Of a stretch of DNA of 64,000 bases, positions 36,101 through 48,100 are shown in pieces. Numbering within the stretch: the first letter of the stretch is position 1; the number at the start of each line of letters is the position of its first letter. The notes beneath the pieces are model-generated. The model was not told the DNA's origin. It did no database searches and worked only from the letters and a program-made list of their open reading frames with translations. This DNA comes from Octopus bimaculoides (taxonomy: Eukaryota): contig NC_068995.1 in NCBI RefSeq assembly GCF_001194135.2, forward strand, positions 13,561,937-13,625,936, in the 5' to 3' direction. A program made the translations under genes and the position numbers.

Positions 36101-39100
36101 CTAAAAAAAAAATTACTGGCTTTGTGCCAAAAGTTGAAGCTGTTACTCTTACTGTTATTAAGCTGGTGAGCTGACAGAATTGTTAGCACACTGGGCAAAA
36201 TACTTAGCATTTTGTCCATCTTACATTCTGAGTTCACCTTCTGCTGGGGTCAACTTTACCTTTCATCCTTTCAGGGATTGAGAAAATAAGTACCAGGCGC
36301 AGGAGTGGCTGTGTGGTAAGTAGCTTGCTTACCAACCACATGGTTCCGGGTTCAGTCCCACTGCCTGGCACCGTGGGCAAGTGTCTTCTGCTATAGCCTC
36401 GGGCCAACCAAAGCCTTGTGAGTGGATTTGGTAGACGGAAACTGAAAGAAGCCCGTCGTATATATGTAAATGTATATATATATATATATGTGTGTGTCTG
36501 TGTTTGTCCCCCCAACATCACTTGACAACCGATGCTGGTGTGTTTACGTCCCTGTAACTTAGCAGTTCGGCAAAAAGAGCCCGAGAGTGTAAGTACCAGG
36601 CTTAACAAAAGAATAAGTCCTGGGGTCGATTTGCTCGACTAAAGGCGGTGCTCCAGCATGGCCACAGTCGAATGACTGAAACAAGTAAGAGTAGTTGAGC
36701 ACTGGGGTCGATGTAACTGACATACTCCCTCCCCCGAAATTGCTGGTCTTGTGCCAAAATTTGAAACCATTATTATTATTATTACTATCTCAAGTTTCAT
36801 TTCATTATTAATGTATTTTTCAATATTTTCTCCTTTATTTTTTAATATTTCAGAAAGTTGAGGGTCGTCAGATAGAAGAAGCTGTTGCCAGTAAGTACAT
36901 TCATCATTCAGAGCACATTAGTGGTTTTATATTGTGTTTGTTAGCCCCAGTTCACTCCTTATCAAACAGTTCTATAAACAAAGACATTCCATCTAGTTTT
37001 TTTGATAGATAACTAAAACTACACATTAGCCAATGTCTTCCTCTCTTTTTTAAGATGGCAGGGTATGATTGAGGTGAGATTTGGCTAGTGTTTCTAATAG
37101 TATCTCATTTAAAGTGCCAAACTTAATGTTGCAGGGATGATATGTGTGATTGTATATGGGTGTGTGTGTGTGTATGGTTGGTTTGAAATTGTACTAAAAA
37201 ACAAGACAGAGACAGGTGAGGGACAACTAGCAAGGTGTATTATTAGCTTCACTCTCAGAACAAACAGAGGAGTCTTTGATGCTTCAAGCATTTGCTCTTC
37301 TATAGAAAGGAATGAGGAAAGAAAAAAAGTATTTGGATCAATGGATGCACATATTGTGTATGTATATATCATCATCATCATCATCATCATCGTTTAACGT
37401 CCGCTTTCCATGCTAATATATATATATAGAAGGTTTAGATTTAGATTCAAGATTGAATATGGTACTTATGTTTAGGCACCAGAATATAGTATGGTATGGT
37501 ATTATACAAAAACCATTCTAAAAAACTAGGTGATCAAAAAATCAAAATAAGCAACACGGATTTCAAAGATGATTGCAGTACGCACGTTTCATGCTACTCC
37601 ATTTATTTAAGTAATGCGAGCATTACATTAAATGCAATATGTAGAGCAATCTTCAGCTGCAGGAAAATGCAGAAAATGACAATAGAATAGACATATTATA
37701 ATTGTGGCAACATTTCAAATCCAAGTGGGAGGAAGAATACATAAAAATCCATCTTGACATAGCCAAGTCTATCAGGCTAGCCTGATAGTCTTGGCTATTG
37801 TGTATTTCAGTCATCAATGTGTATTGTCTGAAGATGTACATATTGGCAAGTAAGCTGATAAACCTGTGCTTTCAAACAGAAATATCTTCATCATTATTGT
37901 TTAACATCCGTTTTCTGTGCTGGCATGGGTTGGATGGTTTGACAGGAGCTGGCCAGTCAGAGAACTGCACCAGTCTCCAATCGTTTCTGTTTTGGCATGG
38001 TTTCTACATTTGGATGCTGTTCCTAACATGAACCACATTACTGAGTATACTGGATGCTTTTTAGATGGCACCAGCATGGAAGGTGTTTATAAGCTACATG
38101 ATCTCAGATCAGGTCACTTGCTATGCAAGTACCTTTCCGTAATTTAAGAAATTTGTTCACAAACAATTATAATACAGAACATTGAATTATGTTTATATTG
38201 ATATTTAGCATATTTTGATAATGTGTTATATTTTCTTGCAGGTATTTTTCATGCTTTACTTTTCCATAGAACATTAGGAAAGGTAAGTATTTTCTTTTAT
38301 TTATGATCAATGAATTTTCTTTCTCTTTTAAAATAATATATCATCATCAGCAAAAAAAAAATGAAGAGAAAAATGCTGTTTTTCATTCTTTGCATTAATA
38401 TAAGTGATGCATTATTGAAGTTAGAAAATAAATTATTAATTATTGTTGATACAAAAGAAAATTATATAAATGCTTTGTTTTCTTGATTTTTTTTTTTTCA
38501 TTAAAATAATATCATCTACAAGAAAAATGTGTTTCTTTTTCATTCCTTGCATTAATTAATATCAATGAAGTATTAAAGTTAGAAAATGGGTTATTAATTA
38601 TTGTCGATAAAAAGGCAAAATAAAGAAACACTTTGCTTTCTTGATTTTTTTATTTCCAGTTTCAAGATATAATTACCCATTATTTGTCTGTTATAAAATG
38701 AAATTCATATCTTGCATTATATAATATGTATGTGTGTGTGTGTGTGTGTGTGTATGTACATATATGTGTTTGTGTGTATATATATATATATATCTGTAAA
38801 AATATGTGACACTTATTCAGTAGCCATGATAAAACTCAGAGTTTCGGATGCCGGGGTGGGAACCCACGCCAACATCTCTTCAGTCATCCGGCCATTGAAA
38901 ATTCCTGTGAAAAATGAAGAGATGTTGGCGTGGGTTCCCACCCCGGCATCCGAAACTCTGAGTTTTATCATGGCTACCGAACAAGTGTCACATATTTTTA
39001 CAGATAAATTCCTCTATTTACATAATATCGAGGTCTCTTTCTTTCTTTTGTTGTCCTTTCTATCAATATATATATATATATCAAAATGGTGAACCTCATG

Positions 39101-42100
39101 AAGGCAATGACAGAGGATCAAGATATGTGGTGTATTGCTGTACTGAAGAAGACCTACTCATCACAACAAAATCGACATCCTAAAACCAAGGTGCAATGTA
39201 AAAAGCATTGGTGTGAGGTTTGGTGCCACATAAAATGCACTGGTGATGGTGCCACATAAAAAGCACCCAGTACATTCTGTAAAGTGGTTGGTGTTAAGAA
39301 GGGCGACCAGCCATAGAAAACAAGCTAAAACAGATTATGGAATCTGGTGTGGCCCCTGGCCTTCCCAGTTCTTGTCAATCCATCCAACCCATGCCAGCAT
39401 GAAAAACAGACATTAAATGTTGATGCTTCTGTGTCATTGCATGATATGGTCATGCTCTACTTAAACAGACCTGCTGACCTGCAAGATTTAGAAGTGATCA
39501 GTAATAGAGAAATACTAATGAAGCTAATTATAAATATCAACAAAAGTGTGGAGGGAAAGTACCTTGGAGGGGGAGTACTGCAAACAAAATGCGCAATTGC
39601 TGACTCTCTTAGAGGCTCAAGTGAAGTCAACAATGGAAGTAGGCATATTATTGTGGCACTCTGTCAGTTACGACAACGAGGGTTCCAGTTGGCTGAGCAC
39701 TCCACAGACACGTGTACCCTTAATGTAGTTCATGGGGAGATTAAGCATGACACAGAGTGTGACAAGGCTGACCCTTTGAATTACAGGTACAACAGAAACA
39801 GGAAGAAAGAGTGAGAGAAAGTTGTGGTGAAAGAGTACAGCAGGGTTCGCTACCACCCTCTGCAGGAGCCTCGTGGAGCTTTAGGTGTTTTCGCTCAATA
39901 AACACTCACAACACCCGGTCTGGGAATCAAAACCGCGATCCTACAACCATGAGTCCACTGCCCTAACCACTGGGCCATTGTGCCTCCACAGGCATATTAT
40001 AGTATATACATATATAGTATAGTTTAATAAAATTTTGCAGAAAACACCCTCCATCTGATAGAAAATACCACTTGTGCCATTAAAGTGTGAAAGATATCAC
40101 CCACAACTGCAACACCTGACAGTCATTCAAGCAATACACTGGAACCATAGTTTATCCACACCTTTAAAAGTAAGGAATACTAGTGAAACATTCCAATAAA
40201 AGCAACATTCTGGTTCAGACACAATAGACCTGATATTGTTCTGTGAGACAGAGAAGAAAAGTCTAGCACTAGTGTAGAGATCAGTTGACCAGGTGAATGT
40301 GAATGTCTTGTCTAAGGATATGGGAAAAGAGAATATCTATGGTGAACTAATACAGGATTTATAACTCTTGTATCAATGCCATATAGATTCTCGTTTGTAC
40401 CTAGTATTGTAGGTGCATTAAGTTATGTGACAACAGGTTTACTCAAAGCCTGAGAATGCTAAGGTTCTTCAAGAAAGAACAAAGTAAATGGACTTATTTC
40501 CTTAACATCCAGTTGGTTAGTAGTATAGTGAAAATTTGTAAGACATTCCAAATATTCTTCATTTGAGTTTCTTGGAATGATTATACACAATGTTGATGAT
40601 GAGGATGGATCACATGTGTACATATATATGGCATACACACATACATAAAGAGGTGTCTCTCACACACATTTTGTACTAAAAAGATGTGCACCCATTACTT
40701 GAACGATAGTATATGCATACTAACTTACCTATTTACAAATCCATGGGACTCTTCTAGACTTAGACAAAAAAGCCTTGTCATTTTGTTAGTGATTGGCTTG
40801 AATTCTATGAAGAAGACTTAAATAAATATCAAAGAAAAATACACACACACATGTTAGAGTTAGTTATGTGCCCTTCATAGTTGTGAAACTGAATCTAGAA
40901 TTGGTGAACATTTGGTCAGTTGTCCAACTCTGTATTAGTTCATAACCCCCATGTGATGGTACATGAGGGCCTAGAATTTAATGTTATATTTGTGTAGTCT
41001 CTTTTCCAGTTTATTAAGATTTAGAGATTGTTCCTTTTTCTTAAAGTTTAAAGAAATGTCTTATTAATCTTCTCTCTGATTCATGCATTGAAAATCATGA
41101 ACTCAAAATTAAAGTGTTTGTCTGTTTTATTTTCAGTTTACATGGCGAGAGGATGGATATTCAATTGGTACTGTTGGTATGACAGATATAGATTGTGATT
41201 TCATTGACTTTACATATGTAAGTAGTATTGTATTGTTTTCAAGTGTATCATCATCATTGTCATCATCGTCATCATTACCTTCCCTGCTTTTCTATACTTG
41301 TAATAGTTAGAAAGGCCTTCTCTTTCTCAGTGTCTCATCATTTGTTGTGATTCTTTGTCATCTCATTTGTTAGCTTCAGACTCTTGAGATCAGCTTCCAC
41401 CACTTATTTCCAGGTCTTCCTTAGGTCAGCCCAAGCCTTGTGAATGAAACTGGGTTGGCGGAGCGTTTGTTGTCCATTGACTGAACTGTCTTTATAATTC
41501 ATAGGTCTAGCCTTGTCACACTGTGCTATGCTGATTCTACCTTAGAATTACATTAAGAGTACAAGTTTCTGTGGAATATTCAGCCAGTTACACTAAAATT
41601 CAGAAAGTAAGTAGTTCCATAAATTGTAAGACAGAAACATCATTGAAATTGATAATGGGTATGTTAATTCATTTATATATGTTTATATATAGTTGTATAA
41701 ATATGGGGATCTTTCACCTGTGTAACAAGTGATTCCAGAGCAATGAATATAAATGTTCTGAGAGCTGTTTCTTGAAGTCAAGGATGGAGGCTCTAGCTAA
41801 ATGGATGCACATAGTGTACAGAGTGGAAAAGCCAGTAGCCATTGCCAGTCAGACATTTAATATGAAAAACAAATATCATTCAATAATCAGGTGAGTGCTC
41901 AGGTGGACAGAGTTTGGAATTCTAAGAATTAAGGTATCTGGATGGCTTCGAAGATTGCAAACATTAGAAAAACTTATCCATTGGAAAAGTAAATTGACTC
42001 AAGATGATTGGTCTTTGCTGATCAAGATAGGGAATCGAAACCCAATTTGTTAAAATTTTGGCTTGCTTTCTTATAATTTTTGCACACACTTACAGAGTAA

Positions 42101-45100
42101 GGATTGAAAAGACTCATGATACTGAAGAATTTTCAAGAGTTGACTACTTTGGATGCATTTGGTATCAAAGTGTAGAAGAATTATTAATGGCAAATTAAAA
42201 CTCATGTATTGTGAGCACAACAAAGGAAAATTTTCAATTTGACCACCTCATCAGCTAAAGTGACTCTACAGTAGTAGAAAGAAATTAACATTAGCTTGCT
42301 TGGCATTCTTTTGATTAACCAGTGTGGATGTAAATAGACAGAAAGGGTAGAATTCAGAACAGTGAAGAACGAAACTTCCGGTGCTCTGCTGCCCCATATA
42401 ATTCCTACAACAATAACATTATGTGCTTGTAAATATAAAATCTGTGTTTTGGAGTAGTTTGTAAAGTGTCAGTGTTGTTATAGGGGAAAGAAACCAAAAA
42501 GTTTATGAGATTGGTATAAATTTTTTAATGGTAGTGCAACAGTTACACTGTCCTCCTCCTCTTCTTTCTCTTGTTACATTGTCACATTCATTCTTTTGGC
42601 AATGCAACAACTTTTAAATGTGCTCTTTTTAAACTTGCCAAATATTCACTCCCTACTGCCTTTCCACTATTTAAAACTACTGACTCACTCAACTGCCTGA
42701 CTGTTTATCACAATTCTTCACACCCAAACACTTACATTTACCAACAACAGCTTTTTTTTTTTTTTTTGCAGTATTTTATTTCTGAACCCAACACTCCCAC
42801 CCCCACCCATTCTGACCCATCCTTCTTTTGCAAAAATATTTCCAACTTCTTTTTTTTCTTGCTTCAGTCATTAGACTGGCCATACTGAAGTACCACTTGA
42901 AGAATTTCTTATTTCTTTATTGCCCACAAGGAGCTAAACATAGAGGGGACAATCAAGGACAGACAAAGAGATTAAGTCGATTACATCNNNNNNNNNNNNN
43001 NNNNNNNNNNNNNNNNNNNNNNNNNNNNNNNNNNNNNNNNNNNNNNNNNNNNNNNNNNNNNNNNNNNNNNNNNNNNNNNNNNNNNNNNNNNNNNNNNNNN
43101 NNNNNNNNNNNNNNNNNNNNNNNNNNNNNNNNNNNNNNNNNNNNNNNNNNNNNNNNNNNNNNNNNNNNNNNNNNNNNNNNNNNNNNNNNNNNNNNNNNNN
43201 NNNNNNNNNNNNNNNNNNNNNNNNNNNNNNNNNNNNNNNNNNNNNNNNNNNNNNNNNNNNNNNNNNNNNNNNNNNNNNNNNNNNNNNNNNNNNNNNNNNN
43301 NNNNNNNNNNNNNNNNNNNNNNNNNNNNNNNNNNNNNNNNNNNNNNNNNNNNNNNNNNNNNNNNNNNNNNNNNNNNNNNNNNNNNNNNNNNNNNNNNNNN
43401 NNNNNNNNNNNNNNNNNNNNNNNNNNNNNNNNNNNNNNNNNNNNNNNNNNNNNNNNNNNNNNNNNNNNNNNNNNNNNNNNNNNNNNNNNNNNNNNNNNNN
43501 NNNNNNNNNNNNNNNNNNNNNNNNNNNNNNNNNNNNNNNNNNNNNNNNNNNNNNNNNNNNNNNNNNNNNNNNNNNNNNNNNNNNNNNNNNNNNNNNNNNN
43601 NNNNNNNNNNNNNNNNNNNNNNNNNNNNNNNNNNNNNNNNNNNNNNNNNNNNNNNNNNNNNNNNNNNNNNNNNNNNNNNNNNNNNNNNNNNNNNNNNNNN
43701 NNNNNNNNNNNNNNNNNNNNNNNNNNNNNNNNNNNNNNNNNNNNNNNNNNNNNNNNNNNNNNNNNNNNNNNNNNNNNNNNNNNNNNNNNNNNNNNNNNNN
43801 NNNNNNNNNNNNNNNNNNNNNNNNNNNNNNNNNNNNNNNNNNNNNNNNNNNNNNNNNNNNNNNNNNNNNNNNNNNNNNNNNNNNNNNNNNNNNNNNNNNN
43901 NNNNNNNNNNNNNNNNNNNNNNNNNNNNNNNNNNNNNNNNNNNNNNNNNNNNNNNNNNNTATATATATATATATATATCATCATCATCATCATCATCATC
44001 ATCGTTTAACGTCCGCTTTCCATGCTAGCATGGGTTGGACGATTTGACTGAGGACTGGTGAAACCGGATGGCAACACCAGGCTCCAGTCTGATTTGGCAG
44101 AGTTTCTACAGCTGGATGCCCTTCCTAACGCCAACCACTCAGAGAGTGTAGTGGGTGCTTTTACGTGTCACCCGCACGAAAACGGCCACGCTCGAAATGG
44201 TGTCTTTTATGTGCCACCCGCACAAGCCAGTCCAGGGGCACTGGCAACGATCTCGCTCGAAAATCCTACAGGAGCCAGTCAGGCGGTACTGGCAACGGCC
44301 ACATATATATCTAACAGGCTTCTTTCAATTTGTCTATCAAATCTACTCCAGGCTTTGGTCAGCCCAAAGCTATAGTAGTACACACTTGCCCAAGGTGCCG
44401 CACAGAGAGACTGAACCTGTATCCATGTGGTTGGAAAGCAAACTTCTTACCACACAATCACACTACGCCTGTATCAATACTGCATTAACATCACACAGTT
44501 ATACACCTTTCAACACCACCATCACCAAACTACATTACTGCATGACCTATATCTCCACTTATATCGACATCTCTTTTACAAACACAGAGAATAATCAACA
44601 TATTCTGTTTCTTTTGCCTTAAGTAAAACTTTGTTTTTATCATTATCTTCTTCTTCGTCGTCGTGAGAAATCCTGTTTGTTAGTTCATATTATAAGCTAC
44701 AGTTAATTTTAATTATCCCTTTCATGTCGTAGTAGTTTATTTTTGGGAAATAGTCAGTATTACAGAACTACCTCTCCCTAACTAGTTGTGTGATTCTAAA
44801 ATGGTAACTTTTGTCTTTTGATAGGTTCGTGTTTCATCAGATGAACTGGATAGATACCTAAAGAAAGAAATTGCATCTTTTCGAGATGCTTTGAGGAAGA
44901 CAAATGGTGCAACTACTGGTCAGGTAATTATATATTTTAATTTAAAAGAAAAACATCAATAGTGATATATTACGGGCCTTTATACAATCGCTCAACATGC
45001 TAGAAATAACAGGCAAATGCCCCTCAAATCACACACAACTATATTTAAAAAAAAAAAGACATTGGATAATGTTGTCTTAGGTATAATGTGTCTGGAAAAA

Positions 45101-48100
45101 AAGTCAGTCTGGTCATGGCTGGAGCATCTTTAATCATAGATGTGTTATAGCATTGGTTCACAACTGAGGTCCATCATCATCATCATCTTTAACGTCCGCT
45201 TTCCATGCTAGCATGGGTTGGACGATTTGACTTTTGAGGACTGGTGAACAAGATGGCTACACCAGGCTCCAATCTGATTTGGCAGAGTTTCTACAGCTGG
45301 ATGCCCTTCCTAATGCCAACCACTCTGAGAGTGTAGTGGGTGCTTTTACGTGCCACCAGCACGAAGGCCAGTCAGGTGGTACTGGCAACGGCCACGCTCA
45401 AAATGGTATATTTTACGTGCCACCTGCACAGGAGCCAGTCCAGCNNNNNNNNNNNNNNNNNNNNNNNNNNNNNNNNNNNNNNNNNNNNNNNNNNNNNNNN
45501 NNNNNNNNNNNNNNNNNNNNNNNNNNNNNNNNNNNNNNNNNNNNNNNNNNNNNNNNNNNNNNNNNNNNNNNNNNNNNNNNNNNNNNNNNNNNNNNNNNNN
45601 NNNNNNNNNNNNNNNNNNNNNNNNNNNNNNNNNNNNNNNNNNNNNNNNNNATATATATATATATATATAGGATATATATCAAGCTGAGCAAAATTGCAGT
45701 CGTTTTACATACCAGTGTCATGCAAATGGTGCCCATGCTGGCGGCACATGAAAGCACCCATTACACTCTTGGAGTGGTTTGCGTTAGGAAAGGCATCTAG
45801 CTGTTGAAAACCATGCCAAATCAGACTGGAGTCTGGTGCAGCCTTTCAGCTTACCAGCCCTGGTTATTTTTGCATTTTTGTATTGATTTTCCAGTGCATG
45901 ACTAGATGAGATGTTTTGTGCTTGTTTGATTTATCACAATGTTAAATCAATTGATTTTCCCAACTGTACGCCCTTCCTATCACTAACCACTCAACCACAA
46001 ATTAGGAATAAAACCTGTTTCAGTTTTTTGTTTTAATCAAACTAATTCGAGAAAGCAGAGTTATCTGCCTTGCTCACCGACAAAACTGCAATGCCACATC
46101 ATTAGTTTTGAATTTTCTTAATCAGGCTTGGGAAACTTTATCAGGAAGCAGACCACTAAAAAATATTGGCATTGCCATTTAGAAAGTCCTCTCGGCCACA
46201 GTTTTCTCATGACTGTTCTAAACATTTAATCTCGTCAGCACTGTTTCAGTCAGTATTTTCTCTTTAGCTGGGTTTGAATGCAATATTTTTCCCTAACATT
46301 GCATCACTTAGTTGCTCAAATAACAAATGGCTTATTGCAAAGTTAGACTTTTTCAACTGATAACATTTTATATTCCAAATTGTAGATTTTGGTTAGTAAA
46401 ATTGTAGGGTCATTACAGCACTGGATAAAAATACCTTGCAGTATTTATTTTGGTTTGTTGCAGTCTGAGTTCAAATCCAACCAAGATCAACACTACCTTT
46501 CATACTTCTGGGGTTAATTAATTATCAGTCTAGATGGTGACTGGCAGAATCGTTAGAGCATCAGATTGGAGGACTTGTGGTGTTTGTTTTGGTTCTTTGT
46601 GCTGAGTTCAAATCCCACTGTGGTCTATGTGGGTGGTAGACTTGATCCCGCTCTCAGTTTAATTAACATCCCTACTGGTCCTTTCTTGTATTTAGTGGAT
46701 TAGAAACCTAGCCCCTATTGCAAGCATTGAGGTTGGGTTTCCAATTTGAGGAAACCTTCCTCTTTCTCACTCCCTACCAGTCTTGGGACCTTGTAAAGGT
46801 CCATAGGTACTCCCTTCTCTCTGACTAATTGTTAAAAGAAAATAAACATGTAGCATGGAAATAAAAACTACACAGGCTTGTTGTATTGGAGCAACTTAGT
46901 GAAAAACATACATTTTTCAGGTTAATGAGGGTCTAGTTAGATGTAATATTAGATTAAATAAAGCTGTTGATCTAGCTGCAGATGGGGCCCAGTGGTGAAA
47001 GGGCCAGGTGGTTGAGTTAAACTGGAAAAGAAGGGTTCTAGGTCTAACACCCATGTAAATTAGACCAGAGGGGATTTTGAATTCAATGTAAAGAGCCAAA
47101 GCAAACACCACAAGTCATCTGGTTTGATGCTCTAGTGATTCTACCAGTTCACTGCTCTGCACCGTTATTTGTCAACCCTGGAAGGGGGAAGGCAATTTTG
47201 ACCTCAGTTTAATTTGAACTTAGAATTGGACAACATCTCTTAGGCTATGGACAACATCTTAAGGAAAGAGAAGAAGATTTCAAAGAAACTGTAACCTTAT
47301 CCTCTCTGCTTTACTTCCATTATCTGTTATCTTTTACTCCTTTCAATCATTGAACTGTGGCCATGCTGGGGCACTGACTTGCCGAGTTTAGTCAAACAAA
47401 TCATCCCCAGTATTCATTTTAAATTAGGCATTTATTCTGTTAAGTTATGGGGTTGCACCAGCTGTCAAGCAATGGTGGAGAACAAACAAACTCACACACA
47501 TACATATACATATAGATATATACACACATAATTTCCATCTACCAAATTCATTCACAAGGAATCAGTTGGTCCTAGGTTTATAGTAAAAGACATTTGTTTG
47601 ATGTGCTACACAGTGGAACTAAACCCGAAATCACATGATTGCAAAGTGAGTTTCTTAATCATACATAAACAATGTTTCCATTTCTATTCTTTAATCCTTT
47701 GGCAAATGTAAATCTTATTCATTCATATTGTTACGAATTAATCTTGCATCATCTTATAACTTCAAGGTTTAAATGATGTGATTGCATATTGTTTTGAATG
47801 ACATTGTAGGGAAGGTGTGAGAGGTCAGATCTGGCCAGTTTGGGCATAAAACAGGTAAAATATTTGGGCTAGATATGGCCAGTTTAAATGCTAAAGGGTT
47901 GAATATCCTGTGGTGCTTATGGTCATTCATTTCTGTAGTGTTGTATGTTTTACAAAGAAGGGTTGCTGGATCAAAGCCTTACCCACGTTACAAAATGACA
48001 GACACTTGGAATGAGTTAAACTTGGCACTGCAAGAAAGCAAAACAGTTTATTGTTGTTGGTGAGCACTAAGTCACTGCCGATGATCAAAAGTATTCCATA

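Noticed and set aside
41780-42420. Moderately complex intronic stretch considered as a decayed transposase or RT
   Set aside because: No diagnostic motif could be read in any frame by eye; it would need a frameshift-aware search.
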